From: Pseudomonadota bacterium
GTDB lineage: Bacteria; Bdellovibrionota_B; Oligoflexia; Oligoflexales; CAIMVM01
Reading direction: 5' to 3'
Length of the DNA stretch: 64,000 nt
NCBI GenBank assembly: GCA_037142195.1
Contig: JBAXBA010000009.1
Span: 1-64,000 of the forward strand
Part shown: in pieces, positions 37,571 to 47,979 of the stretch
How positions within the stretch are numbered: the first letter of the stretch is position 1
Layout of the letters: each line of letters opens with the position of its first letter
Notes under the pieces: model-generated
The model's input: only the letters and a program-made list of their open reading frames with translations
Database searches by the model: none
What the model was told of the DNA's origin: nothing
Position numbers and translations under genes: made by a program

Positions 37571-39139
37571 ATGGCCACAAAACCTATAGCTGCCATTGAT
37601 ATAGGTTCAAACTCCATGCACCTCATAGTGGCTCGCATGTGTCCAAATGGAACCTTTGAGCATTTAGATAGCCATAAAGTAACGACCCGCCTTGCTGCCT
37701 ATTTGGACAGCTCGGGTAAGCTTTCTGAAGAAGGTATTAACGTTTTACTTAAAACCCTACAGGAGATGAAGTCCATCGCCTCTGGGTATGATCCTGAGTT
37801 TCGCGTGATTGCGACACATGCTACGCGCACCTCAAAAAACCGAAAGACTATTATAGCCAGAGCTTATCAGGAGTTAGGCCTTTCTATTGAGGTCATCGAC
37901 GGCTTGGAAGAAGCTCGCCTGGCTAGTCTCGGCATGGCATCTTCGCTCTCTCTTAAAAATCAGTCTTTTTTAGGCCTAGACATCGGCGGCGGTAGTACGG
38001 AAATTATCTATAGAAATGCTCAAAAACAATTGGAACGTTGTGCCTCCCTGCAAATTGGTACGGTTGCTTTACAAAAGATGTTTGAGTCTGAAGAAGGCCC
38101 TACAGACCTAGAATTAAAACGCCTTAAAGAGATCCTACATAACAAGATTACACCCTTGGCTTCTGAAGTTGAAAGCATGCCTCGCGACACAACCCGACTT
38201 GCAGTTGCCTGTTCAGGCACGGCCAAAGCAGCCGCTAACTTAATTCATCAAATGAAGTTTGGACGTCCTCTTTTAGACGCCAATGCATTTGTATTTAATG
38301 CAACTGAACTTCATGAACTCACAGCCTCTTTAGAATCTCTCAGGAGCCCAAAGGCGATTCGAGCAAAATATACTCTGGACAAAGACCGCAGTGAAGTAGT
38401 TCTAGTCGGCATGGAAATTCTTGTTGCTATAACTGACCACCTTAAAATTTCTAAATGGAGCGTCTCCACTTATGGGCTAAGAGAAGGTATTATTCTGGAC
38501 TCTGCCCAACAGGCGGAAGCTAGCTCAGACTCTTTCGATCCTAGAATGGAATCTATCCGAAGCTTTGCCAGAAGATACCGCGTCGATGAGCCGCAAGTAG
38601 AAAGGGTCCAAAATTTCGCTGTTTCTATTTATAATCAAATTGGTCACCAGACAGCTGGATATAATGTACTTCAAAAAGACGAACTCCTTTTGTTAAAAGC
38701 TGGCAGTTGGTTACATGAAGTTGGGAAGTTTGTAGCTTATTCTAAATATCACCGTCACTCTCACTATCTCATAGCAAATGGTACTTTGCAGGGATATACG
38801 GAAAAAGAGCGCTTAGCTATTGCGCTCATTTGCAGGTTTCATAGAAAACGAAATGCGTTGATCAATAAAGATGACTTTGAATCCTTTACAGAACCGGAAG
38901 CAAAACGAATAGTTACCTTATCGGCTATTTTGCGACTTTCCGCCTCCCTGGCAAGAGGTCGTCGCGAATGTATTCAGTCGGTACAGGCGACTGTGCAAGG
39001 AAGCAACCTGGTCCTTGAAGTAGTTGCAGCAAGAGATCAAAATCCTGATGTAGAGCTTGCCAGAGTCAGAGAAGAACTCTTTGTTTTAGAAAGCGGCCTA
39101 CAAAAGACCATCTTGATAAGCCGACGTTCTATTTCCTAA
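37571..39139 (+). CDS. ppx: Ppx/GppA exopolyphosphatase
   Basis: AAIDIGSNS, GLEEARL, DIGGGSTE, GLREG, HD-like WLHEVG; follows ppk1. Confidence 0.93.
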   Translation: MATKPIAAIDIGSNSMHLIVARMCPNGTFEHLDSHKVTTRLAAYLDSSGKLSEEGINVLLKTLQEMKSIASGYDPEFRVIATHATRTSKNRKTIIARAYQELGLSIEVIDGLEEARLASLGMASSLSLKNQSFLGLDIGGGSTEIIYRNAQKQLERCASLQIGTVALQKMFESEEGPTDLELKRLKEILHNKITPLASEVESMPRDTTRLAVACSGTAKAAANLIHQMKFGRPLLDANAFVFNATELHELTASLESLRSPKAIRAKYTLDKDRSEVVLVGMEILVAITDHLKISKWSVSTYGLREGIILDSAQQAEASSDSFDPRMESIRSFARRYRVDEPQVERVQNFAVSIYNQIGHQTAGYNVLQKDELLLLKAGSWLHEVGKFVAYSKYHRHSHYLIANGTLQGYTEKERLAIALICRFHRKRNALINKDDFESFTEPEAKRIVTLSAILRLSASLARGRRECIQSVQATVQGSNLVLEVVAARDQNPDVELARVREELFVLESGLQKTILISRRSIS

Positions 39140-39166
39140 GCTAAGATACATTTATAGGGATATGCC

Positions 39167-40129
39167 GTGAAGAAAAGTGGATTTTCATTTGATAGCTATT
39201 TAGCCAGTCTCACATCTTTAGAGACAAAGATGGTTTCGGGACAGCCTACTGTGGCTATATCCTATGGCACATGTCCATTTTTAATTTCTGAGTCTATTAA
39301 ATATTTGCAGAAGAAAGCATCTGTAGGGCAAGTAGACCTTAAACTTATCGATTTGTCAGAGTCCCAGGGAAAAGGTCTTAGTGACCATTGGAATCAAGTC
39401 GGACTTTTTGCCAGTCACTCCCTGTGCGTCGTTTACGGCTTAGAGAAATCTAAAGAAGGGCTACGCCAGTTTTTAGCTTTAGCTGGCAAACCTAGCTCAA
39501 ATTCCTTTTTATTTTCCTATCCTAAAGCTGATCTCCCTAAGGGATTATCCGACAAAGTGGCTTCTATTTCGTGCCACCCTCCCCTTTACCAAAATCTTAA
39601 AAAAGCCATACATTGGATTGCCCTTAGCCTCGATTTGAATCTTCGTGACGATGCCATTCAAGCCTTAATCCACCTCAACGGCTCGGACCTTACTGCCATT
39701 AAAAACTCTCTAATGATCGCGCAGCTTAAGCGCCCTGACCAAAAGAGCATCTCAAGTTCTCAACTTTTGGAGCAAGGTGTTTTTTTAAGAGAAGATGAGT
39801 CCTTGCGACTTTCGCAACTCATCTTGGAGGGAGCCAAAGCTGAAGCACTTCTTTTGCTTCAAGATCTTATTTCAAGAGGTGAGTCTGCGTTGGCCATACT
39901 TGGGATTATGTCAAGACTCTGTCGAACTTCAGTCTCATCGCTAGAGCGGCGCCTTGACTACACCCTGCCTCCGATGGTCGCCAGGCAATACTCAAATTAT
40001 GCACAAAAACAAGGAATGGCTTCTATGGGCCTCAGCCTTAGGGCCTGTTCTGAAGCAGATATCTCATTAAAAACGGGCACTAAGGCCAACGACTTCCACA
40101 TCCTCGCAAATCTGTTAAACTATCTTTAG
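39167..40129 (+). CDS. holA: DNA polymerase III delta subunit (divergent)
   Basis: QVGLFA, GSDL..IKN, GESALAILG, EADISLKTG C-terminal pattern; typical size. Confidence 0.65.
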   Translation: MKKSGFSFDSYLASLTSLETKMVSGQPTVAISYGTCPFLISESIKYLQKKASVGQVDLKLIDLSESQGKGLSDHWNQVGLFASHSLCVVYGLEKSKEGLRQFLALAGKPSSNSFLFSYPKADLPKGLSDKVASISCHPPLYQNLKKAIHWIALSLDLNLRDDAIQALIHLNGSDLTAIKNSLMIAQLKRPDQKSISSSQLLEQGVFLREDESLRLSQLILEGAKAEALLLLQDLISRGESALAILGIMSRLCRTSVSSLERRLDYTLPPMVARQYSNYAQKQGMASMGLSLRACSEADISLKTGTKANDFHILANLLNYL

Positions 40130-40161
40130 AGCACTCCCGCTTGATGCTATAGAGAGATCAC

Positions 40162-41100
40162 ATGATGACCTGGTTTTTATTAACCTTAGGTTTATTGCTT
40201 GCACCAGTTGCGTTTTCCGCGGAGCCAAAGCAAGAAACAAGAGAAGTGTCCAATCTCGAACTCCTGCCAAGCGCCCTTCATCGTGAAGCCTTGCTTGAAG
40301 ACATGCCTTTTTCCTCAGTATCCCTCACCGAAACGGGTGAAGCTTGGCTCGCTGGAAAGCATAATCTTTGGAAATGGAACCCTGCCATAGGCAGTCTCAA
40401 AAAAATGGAAATCCCTTCCGAAGGTTTAGCTCGTGTCATTTCCTTGACCGCGGGCTCGGCTGTGTTTCAGACCTTAAAGAAGGTCTACATGGTATGGGAC
40501 CAGCCCGTGAGCATCAAAGAAATCTACAGTGGTTCGAGAGTAGCCTTAGACCTTACCTCTCAAGGATCACTTGCTATAGGCTCCAAACAGAGCTTTTTAA
40601 TCTCAAAAGAGCTTCATTCTAAAACGTCCATGTCCTTGGATTTAGCCGATTGTGAAGGTATATCTTTAGGGGAAAATGGTCAGGTTTTCTGCCGGATCAA
40701 GGGAGAAATATTCCTAGCGAGCAAGGAACAAGCTAAAATGAAGCTTATCCTTAAAACTAAATCTGAAATCAAAGCTTTCAAAGCGTTAGGTGATTCCTTG
40801 GTGGTTGTGAGTGATCGAGCAGTGTGGGCCATTGGTACCGATGGATCGCTTCTAAAAACAGTTACTCCTCAAAGCGGGAAAAAAATCGCTGCGAGTTACC
40901 TAGATAATCACACTCATGCTTTTCTTTTTAATGATAAGCTTTTTGAAGTCAATCAAATTGAAGAGAAGACGAAAATCACAACTTGGCTGTCGGCTCCTGG
41001 GACCAAGGTTGTGGATGACTTATCTTATAGAAATGCTAGGATTGGATTGATACTTGACGGATTTCCCTACATTTTTCAACTTGAGCAAATTCGGAAATGA
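40162..41100 (+). CDS. Exported hypothetical protein, probable beta-propeller
   Basis: Signal peptide; repeated beta-strand blades (GEAWLAG..NLWKW, GQVFC); ATGA overlap with slt. Confidence 0.7.
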   Translation: MMTWFLLTLGLLLAPVAFSAEPKQETREVSNLELLPSALHREALLEDMPFSSVSLTETGEAWLAGKHNLWKWNPAIGSLKKMEIPSEGLARVISLTAGSAVFQTLKKVYMVWDQPVSIKEIYSGSRVALDLTSQGSLAIGSKQSFLISKELHSKTSMSLDLADCEGISLGENGQVFCRIKGEIFLASKEQAKMKLILKTKSEIKAFKALGDSLVVVSDRAVWAIGTDGSLLKTVTPQSGKKIAASYLDNHTHAFLFNDKLFEVNQIEEKTKITTWLSAPGTKVVDDLSYRNARIGLILDGFPYIFQLEQIRK

Positions 41101-43454
41101 AACAAAGTTTTAATAGCTTTAGAAGTTTTATTTTTTTACTGGCAAGTAGTACTGCCATGGCGAAAGCATCCCCTAAAACCATGGCTTCTATCGGCATTGA
41201 GACCGGTTTTGATGCGAAAATTAAGGATGTTTCTGAATATGTAAAGTCAAACAAGTCTGGTCAGGCTGCGTGGCTAGCAAAAACGATTCTTGAGGCATCG
41301 TCTTTCAGCGAAAAAAAGGATGTTAAGAAAGCTAGTCTAAAATATTTGGAAGTGGTTAAGCGTTATGACCGCGACGTTGGTAAATATGCTTTTTCAGAAT
41401 TTCTTAAACTTAAACTCGAAAATTCCTCAGAAATAGATGCCGATATAAAAAAAGTGTTATTTCAGCTGAATGGAACCCATCAAAAAAGTCCTATTCCCTT
41501 ATTTAGGCGCGTTAAAACCATTACTCGAACCGACTTGGATCCATTTTTGGGTTTATTTGGCATGCAAAGCCCGAAAGCTAAGCCTCCATCAACCGCACCC
41601 TCGACTGCCTCGATTCCAGCAAGTGGACTTCCCAGCGATGACCCCTTGCTTTTGTCTTTGTCAAAACAACGCTGCGAAAAAGAAAAGTCGGAATCAGATG
41701 CTGATAAAAAAAAGTGGCTCGATTGGGAGGCCAGTCTACCTGCAGGACTCAACGATTATCTCTCGGGGTTAATTGATAACTGCCGAGGACGAAGCGGAAG
41801 CGCTGAATCTAAATTTAAGAAAGTGATCGCGAATAGCGATCTATTGACTAAATTTCCTGCCCAATACCTTTGGTCTACTAAGTCCGTTGCATTACTGCAA
41901 CGTAGAGCAGTAGACCGATTTGTTGCGATAGATACCTTTCGGCTGTTGGCTAAGCTATGGAATGCAAATCTATTGACGCCTGAAAACTCAAAGCAGGATA
42001 CGACCTCCATTGCCTATGAGAAGGCCAACGACTTGGCTTGGGCCTGCCGCGTTCTTGCGTGGCGCTCCGAATATTCGGAAGCACAATCCTATTGTGAAAA
42101 CTCCATAGACACCGCAACCACTTGGACTAAGCAGCCAGAAAATAAGACCTCAAAGCGCTATCAAAGCTTTGCTGAGCTCGTTGCTGAAGGCTATCAAACA
42201 CTTGCAGATCGTATTCTTACTGAAAAGCAAGATTGGTCTGGCGCTCAAAAAATTATGACCACAGCCTTAGCTAGTGGACTTGAATTTGGAAACTCATGGA
42301 CAGGGCGCCTAAAATGGCATTTGGCGTTCTATACATGGCTTGAAAAAGACTATAAGACAGCTGAAGGTCTATTTCTTAGCTCTGCAGATGGCTCCACGAA
42401 TCGCATAGATCAAGAACGCAGCATATTTTGGGCTGCTCGCGCTGCAAAGGCTCAAGGTAATGAAGAAAGATACAAAGAGTTAACCTCTCGTCTTCGAAAA
42501 GACTTTCCTATCTCTTTTTATACCTTAGTACTCCTTCCCCAATTAGAAGGAACTACTCCCAGCATTCCAGGGCTAAGTTCCGACTTATTAGTTAAGCGAC
42601 TCTTGTTACATGAAGATATCGCCGCCATACTGAATAAATCCCAAGATAAGGGCCTCAAACTAAACTTCGAGACTTTAAATGTTTTGATTGCATTTGATAT
42701 CCAACCTTTCGCTGCTCTGCTTGCTCGAGATATCCATGATCAGATCAAAGAAAGAATCTCTCTGGACTCAAATCCTGAGCTTTGGATACTTTCCGCTAAG
42801 GCTCTCTTGTCTGCAGGTGATGCCTCTAAAGGCATGGCTGTTGCCTCTCAGGTCGGTTCCACCATGAAGGATGTTTCTCAAAAGAAACCTGATCTTTTAT
42901 TCTATATTTACCCACGCCCTTACCTGGAACTCTATCAATTGAACGCAGAGGCTGAAAAGCTGCCGATTTCCCTACTTTTAGGAATTTCCAGACAGGAGTC
43001 TACGTTTGCGCCGGCCATTGTTTCTCCAGCTAGGGCGATTGGACTCATGCAACTCATTGTCGCTACTGCCGAAAGAATGGCCAAAGCGAAGGGTCTTATC
43101 CTAAAAGACACCTTTGAGGAGCTGCAAAATCCTGCCGTAAACATCACTCTGGGCTCTGCCTATTTGAGCCTGTTATTGAAGCACTATCAGCAAAATGAGG
43201 CTCAAGCTGTCGCAGCCTATAATGCTGGTGAAGGAATGATCGATCTCTGGATGAAGAACCGTATTTTGCCAGACCAAATGGCCTGGATCGAAGCCATTCC
43301 CTTTGGAGAAACACGCAACTATGTGAAGACTGTGCTTAGAAATCGAGCTGTCTATGACCTTTTATCGGCCTACCATGGAGCCAGCTCCCTCACGGTGCCA
43401 ACAGAAATTGTCGGCCGAGACGAACAGCATTTGAAAAAAGCAAAGAAATTGTAG
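41097..43454 (+). CDS. slt: Soluble lytic transglycosylase (Slt70-like, TPR scaffold)
   Basis: RQES, GLMQL, NITLGSAYL, AYNAG, EAIPFGETRNYVK. Confidence 0.92.
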   Translation: MKQSFNSFRSFIFLLASSTAMAKASPKTMASIGIETGFDAKIKDVSEYVKSNKSGQAAWLAKTILEASSFSEKKDVKKASLKYLEVVKRYDRDVGKYAFSEFLKLKLENSSEIDADIKKVLFQLNGTHQKSPIPLFRRVKTITRTDLDPFLGLFGMQSPKAKPPSTAPSTASIPASGLPSDDPLLLSLSKQRCEKEKSESDADKKKWLDWEASLPAGLNDYLSGLIDNCRGRSGSAESKFKKVIANSDLLTKFPAQYLWSTKSVALLQRRAVDRFVAIDTFRLLAKLWNANLLTPENSKQDTTSIAYEKANDLAWACRVLAWRSEYSEAQSYCENSIDTATTWTKQPENKTSKRYQSFAELVAEGYQTLADRILTEKQDWSGAQKIMTTALASGLEFGNSWTGRLKWHLAFYTWLEKDYKTAEGLFLSSADGSTNRIDQERSIFWAARAAKAQGNEERYKELTSRLRKDFPISFYTLVLLPQLEGTTPSIPGLSSDLLVKRLLLHEDIAAILNKSQDKGLKLNFETLNVLIAFDIQPFAALLARDIHDQIKERISLDSNPELWILSAKALLSAGDASKGMAVASQVGSTMKDVSQKKPDLLFYIYPRPYLELYQLNAEAEKLPISLLLGISRQESTFAPAIVSPARAIGLMQLIVATAERMAKAKGLILKDTFEELQNPAVNITLGSAYLSLLLKHYQQNEAQAVAAYNAGEGMIDLWMKNRILPDQMAWIEAIPFGETRNYVKTVLRNRAVYDLLSAYHGASSLTVPTEIVGRDEQHLKKAKKL

Positions 43455-43483
43455 TAATGTATTCCCTCCACTAGGTAACTGCG

Positions 43484-43672
43484 ATGAGGAGACCTTTAGA
43501 TATGCAAGATATGCAAGATATGCAAGATATGCAAAGAGACAACGCAAAACGAGATCTTGAAAAAGAAGGTAAGGGCTACTTGACGTTAATGCTCATAGTT
43601 CTCCTTTTCCCAATTGGCTTCTTTCTGTGCGCCTATTTCCCTATTTGGATGGGATGGACCAAGAGCTATTAG
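43484..43672 (+). CDS. Small single-TM protein
   Basis: Charged N-terminus then YLTLMLIVLLFPIGFFLCAYFPIWMGW; start ambiguous because of the repeat. Confidence 0.55.
   Translation: MRRPLDMQDMQDMQDMQRDNAKRDLEKEGKGYLTLMLIVLLFPIGFFLCAYFPIWMGWTKSY
43499..43534 (+). repeat. 9-bp tandem repeat GATATGCAA x4 (encodes DMQ x4)
   Basis: Read directly from sequence. Confidence 0.95.
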
Positions 43673-43878
43673 GCCTAAGGTCTGCTATGCCTGAGAGTTT
43701 CAGGGCCCCCGCCGGCATTGTTATAGCATTGGCCGAGCTTTGCATTCGCTGATTTTTAGCTTAACTTACTAAAATTGTTGTTTTTTTCTTATTTTAATTT
43801 CCCTTTCTAGCTGAAGACGGTATAGCCTACGGTTTCAACCTATTGCAGGGTGTGACTCAGGTTTAAGAAAGGTTTTTC

Positions 43879-44784
43879 ATGACGGAAGCGTCTTTATCTC
43901 TAGCTGTTCCAAAATGGCGAGACCTATTTGTTATGACTAAGCCAACCATTACGTTACTAGTGGTCATTACGGCAATTCCGGGCCTTTTGCTTGGAGCTTC
44001 AAGCCTACCTGAATATTCTTTGCTTCTTTGGACCTGTTTAGGTGCTGGCCTTGCCAGTTCCTCAGCGGCGGTATTTAACCAAGTAGTCGAACATAAAATT
44101 GATCAGACCATGCAAAGAACCAAAAAAAGAGGCGTGGCAAGTAATAGAATTTCACGATTTGAGGCCTCTGTTTTTGGATTGGTACTCGGTGCTTTAGGAA
44201 TGGGAATTCTCTATACCCAAGTCAATCCCCTATCTGCTTATGTCGCACTTTCTGGCCACGTCTTTTATGTTGTGGTCTACACGCTGATTTTAAAGAAGCG
44301 TACCGTTCAAAACATCGTTATTGGGGGAGCAGCTGGTTCGGTTGGACCGCTGATCGGCTTTGCTGCGGCAAGCAACTCTTTGCCCTGGGAAGCTTGGGTA
44401 ATGTTTGCGCTTATTTTTCTTTGGACGCCTCCACATTTTTGGGCGCTCGCCTTAAAATACCAAAATGATTATGCAGCTGCTGGTATCCCCATGTATCCCG
44501 TGGTGCATGGTGACCACAAAACGCGAAAGGTAATTTATCTTTACGCATTGACCTTGGTTCCGGTTGTCGGCAGCTTCTATTTGATGACTTCGGTAGGCTT
44601 TTGGGGTGCCACGATTAGTATGCTTTTGACCCTAAAGTTTTCCTACGACACCTGGCGCCTTTATAGATCTGGCACAAACGATTTAGCCATGCCCGTGTTC
44701 CACTATAGCTGCCTTTATACATTTTTAGTTTTTGGCATCATCGCCATAGAGCGGCTGATTCACCTCCTCCCGAAAGTCGGATAG
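43879..44784 (+). CDS. cyoE: Protoheme IX farnesyltransferase (heme O synthase)
   Basis: TKP, DQTMQRTKKR, YTLILKKRTVQNIVIGG, WTPPHFWALA, DYAAAGIPM. Confidence 0.95.
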   Translation: MTEASLSLAVPKWRDLFVMTKPTITLLVVITAIPGLLLGASSLPEYSLLLWTCLGAGLASSSAAVFNQVVEHKIDQTMQRTKKRGVASNRISRFEASVFGLVLGALGMGILYTQVNPLSAYVALSGHVFYVVVYTLILKKRTVQNIVIGGAAGSVGPLIGFAAASNSLPWEAWVMFALIFLWTPPHFWALALKYQNDYAAAGIPMYPVVHGDHKTRKVIYLYALTLVPVVGSFYLMTSVGFWGATISMLLTLKFSYDTWRLYRSGTNDLAMPVFHYSCLYTFLVFGIIAIERLIHLLPKVG

Positions 44785-44788
44785 TCTT

Positions 44789-44905
44789 ATGAAGGATAAA
44801 AAAGAGTTAAAAGTAGACTTTAGAGATGGAAATAGATTTTATTTATATCTTGCCTTTATCACTTTTTTCGCACTTATAATGTGGCTATCTTCACTTGGAA
44901 AATAA
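44789..44905 (+). CDS. 38-aa single-TM small protein
   Basis: Hand translation MKDKKELKVDFRDGNRFYLYLAFITFFALIMWLSSLGK*; starts 4 bp after the cyoE stop and overlaps the next start. Confidence 0.6.
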   Translation: MKDKKELKVDFRDGNRFYLYLAFITFFALIMWLSSLGK

Positions 44906-45818
44906 CGTCATAGGCGTCACCGCCAAAAGCTTTCTAGCCAACAAGACCCTGGTTACTGAGTTAAAGAAGACCTTTCCTGATTTTGAAATATTGACTACTG
45001 GAACAGATCAAGAAATTCTAGAAAAGTCTCGCTATGCCCTGGTTGGACGGGAGCCTATTAACGCCCATACCTTGCCCCCAAGGCTTAGAACAATCATAAA
45101 ATATGGTGTTGGCCTCGACAATATTGACCTAGACTATTGCTCAAAAAACAACGCCTCTGTCTATTATGCTCCTGGAGTGAATCGGGATGAAGTGGTCGAG
45201 CAAACTCTTGGCTTTATGATTGGTTTGAGCCGCAACTTGCATCGTGCCAATACCGAGATGCACCAAGGAGGCTGGATCAAAGACGGGGGCCGAAGCCTAT
45301 CTGAGCTTACGGTCGGCATTATCGGAGCAGGGAGCATTGGGGGAAAGCTGGCTGAGCTCTTAGCTACAATTTTTAGACCCAAGTTAATGATTTGCGACAT
45401 CGTTGATAAGTCCCACATGGCCCAAAATTGGAACACGAGATTGGCGAGCCTTGAGGAGTGCCTCGCCGCTTGTGACCTCATTACTTTTCATGTGCCCTTA
45501 ACTAGTCAAACTAGGGATTTAGTATCAGATCGCCATCTGGCGATGATGAAGCCTGGCTTGATGCTCGTCAACACCTCCAGAGGTGAGGTTATATCAGAGA
45601 CTGCCCTTATTCGGGGTCTTGAGCAAAAGATCATTGCTGGGGCCGCTCTGGATGTTTTTCATGAAGAGCCTTTAGCGCAAGATTCTAAACTAAGATCCTT
45701 TAAGCAGGTCATTCTCTCTCCCCATACATCCGGCAATTCCCATGCCGCTGTGTTAAAAATGGGGCGGGCTGCGATCGAGCTTTTAAAGTCTGCCATACTG
45801 TCCTCAAGAGAATCTTGA
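44895..45818 (+). CDS. D-isomer-specific 2-hydroxyacid dehydrogenase (SerA-like)
   Basis: GVGLDNIDL, GIIGAGSIG, HVPLT, VNTSRG, GAALDVF..EP, SPH. Confidence 0.9.
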   Translation: MENNVIGVTAKSFLANKTLVTELKKTFPDFEILTTGTDQEILEKSRYALVGREPINAHTLPPRLRTIIKYGVGLDNIDLDYCSKNNASVYYAPGVNRDEVVEQTLGFMIGLSRNLHRANTEMHQGGWIKDGGRSLSELTVGIIGAGSIGGKLAELLATIFRPKLMICDIVDKSHMAQNWNTRLASLEECLAACDLITFHVPLTSQTRDLVSDRHLAMMKPGLMLVNTSRGEVISETALIRGLEQKIIAGAALDVFHEEPLAQDSKLRSFKQVILSPHTSGNSHAAVLKMGRAAIELLKSAILSSRES

Positions 45819-45893
45819 CCTATGCGGGATATAGTTGACTTTTTTACTAAAGATTAATAGTTTTCTCGACTGGAGCCTACTGGAGATATTGCC

Positions 45894-46118
45894 ATGATCG
45901 AGAGAATCAAAGAAGTTATTGAAGCCGACATTAATCCTTATTTAGCCCTCCACCAAGGCGGCGCCGAATTAGTGGATTTTGATGATGGAGTGGTAACCCT
46001 CAAGTTGTTTGGCGGATGTTCAGGCTGTCCTTCATCCCAGATTACTTTATTTAATGGAATCACCCCGATTTTAATGGAAAAAATTCCCTACGTCACCGAT
46101 GTGGTTTTAGACAATTAA
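45894..46118 (+). CDS. NifU/NfuA C-terminal domain protein
   Basis: INPYLALHQGG, GGCSGCPSSQITL. Confidence 0.9.
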   Translation: MIERIKEVIEADINPYLALHQGGAELVDFDDGVVTLKLFGGCSGCPSSQITLFNGITPILMEKIPYVTDVVLDN

Positions 46119-46463
46119 TCTGTCCTTATGATTGTTAGGGACTCTTTATTTTGAGCTCTTAAGTAAATCATTTGAGCCTATCAATCGGTGTATTTTTTCA
46201 ACTTCTTAGGGCGTTTGCCTAAGCAATAGCTGTAAGTGCTGTGTGCTTAAAATGTTTTAAAAACAAAGTCTCGCTGGAGCTTTTGGAGGTTCCCTTAACC
46301 TCCCTCTAATCGCCTTTCACTGCTTTGCCAGGCAAAGCTTCTCTCGGCCTTCCACGGAAAAATAATTCACAATCGCCCAGAATCGGAGGTTGTAGGCAAA
46401 AAAGTTCGAGCCCCTAAGAATCTATCTGCCGATGAAATGTAAAATATCTTTGGGGAGTCCCAA

Positions 46464-46925
46464 TTGGCAAAGCACTTAGCGGCATTGTGGTCGTTGATTT
46501 TATATCCCAAAATACCCCTATTTTTGAAATTTGCAGGGTCAGTACTGACAGTCTATTTTACTTTGGCTGCTGAAGGATCCTCTCTAGCCGCTACCGGTAA
46601 ATCCTGGTCGACCTACGGAGGCAGTCCCAAAATGGATGAGCCTAATCTTTCTAGAATTGATTTATCTGGGGAAGTGCCACCGCACCCAGAAAACTATACT
46701 TGGACCGTAGTCCCTAGAAAAAATTCCAACTCAGGCACCTCAGCTATGGGGCATATTGAAAACTCCAGTACGGAATATCTAACTCCCCGAGTCATTGCGT
46801 TTGGAACTAAAATTGTGCCCTTACATATTAAAGCCTATAAAAATAGCATTTATTATCAATTTGATAATGGCAGTAAAGAGCTAGTTTGGATTGAAGGTGT
46901 TTTTTTAAAAATTGAGCCCAAATAA
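46464..46925 (+). CDS. Hypothetical protein, probably exported
   Basis: GGGGAG RBS before TTG; hydrophobic N-terminus. Confidence 0.6.
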   Translation: MAKHLAALWSLILYPKIPLFLKFAGSVLTVYFTLAAEGSSLAATGKSWSTYGGSPKMDEPNLSRIDLSGEVPPHPENYTWTVVPRKNSNSGTSAMGHIENSSTEYLTPRVIAFGTKIVPLHIKAYKNSIYYQFDNGSKELVWIEGVFLKIEPK

Positions 46926-46932
46926 CCCTAGA

Positions 46933-47691
46933 TTAATAAGGTCCTGTTAGAATTTCCACCTTACCTGTACTTCTTATGGCAATGGTATGTTCAAATTGTG
47001 CTGAAAGTTTCCCATCGGCGGTAACTGCTGTCCATCCGTCACTGAGGACCTTTGTTCCGTATCCGCCTTGATTGATCATAGGCTCGATTGTAAACACCAT
47101 GCCAGGCTCAAATCTTACTCCACGTCCTCTGATCCCATAGTGCGGAATTTGAGGTTCCTCGTGAAATGTTTTTCCTATCCCATGCCCTACAAAATCTCTG
47201 ACAACGCTAAACCCTAAGCTTTCTACGGCGTCCTGAATCGTAGCACCAATATCCCCCACTCTACCACCCACAACCACAGCATCGATAGCCAGCCGAAGGG
47301 AACGCTCGGTAGCCTCTACAAGTCTTCGTGCCGCTAATGATATATTGCTCCCAACAAAGTATGTCCTTGAAGCATCTCCGTGATATCCGCCCACAATGGG
47401 GGTCACATCGACATTGATGATGTCACCCTCTTTCAGAAACTCTTTAGGCGACGGAATGCCGTGGCAGACTACATGGTTGACTGAGGTGCAAACAGATTTG
47501 GGAAACCCTTTGTAGTTAAGGGGAGCACAGACTCCCCCTCGCTCCAAGGTAAAGGAATGAACAAAATCATTAATCTCTTGAGTAGAGATCCCTGGACGTA
47601 TCATTGATTTGAGGGCTTCGAGTAAATCCCATGCCAATTTCCCGGCGGGTTTCATATCATCAATTTCTTGGTCTGACTTTAATTTGATCAT
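46933..47691 (-). CDS. map: Methionine aminopeptidase type I
   Basis: CTSVNHVVCHGIP, GDIINVDVT, HGD, GHGIG..FHEEP, TIEPMIN, AQFEHT. Confidence 0.96.
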   Translation of the reverse strand: MIKLKSDQEIDDMKPAGKLAWDLLEALKSMIRPGISTQEINDFVHSFTLERGGVCAPLNYKGFPKSVCTSVNHVVCHGIPSPKEFLKEGDIINVDVTPIVGGYHGDASRTYFVGSNISLAARRLVEATERSLRLAIDAVVVGGRVGDIGATIQDAVESLGFSVVRDFVGHGIGKTFHEEPQIPHYGIRGRGVRFEPGMVFTIEPMINQGGYGTKVLSDGWTAVTADGKLSAQFEHTIAIRSTGKVEILTGPY

Positions 47692-47775
47692 CCCACGAAC
47701 CTCCGAGTGGACATCCATCGTAAAGTCATGATATGCAACATGTCAATTAAATTAGAATCCTTGAGGAATCTACCT

Positions 47776-47979
47776 ATGAAAATGAAATGTCCTACATGCC
47801 AAAAGGAGGTGGAATATTCGACTAAAAATCCAAGTCGACCTTTTTGTTCCATGGTTTGCAAAGGTGACGATTTAGTCGCATGGGCTGATGAAAAGTATTT
47901 TGTGGCGACTGAAATTAGACCTGAAGATGCTGAGGATGTAGAAGCTCAACTACTTGAAAACGGCTATAAAATTCATTAA
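47776..47979 (+). CDS. yacG: DNA gyrase inhibitor YacG
   Basis: KCPTC ... RPFCSMVCK..DL..WA; GAGG RBS. Confidence 0.88.
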   Translation: MKMKCPTCQKEVEYSTKNPSRPFCSMVCKGDDLVAWADEKYFVATEIRPEDAEDVEAQLLENGYKIH

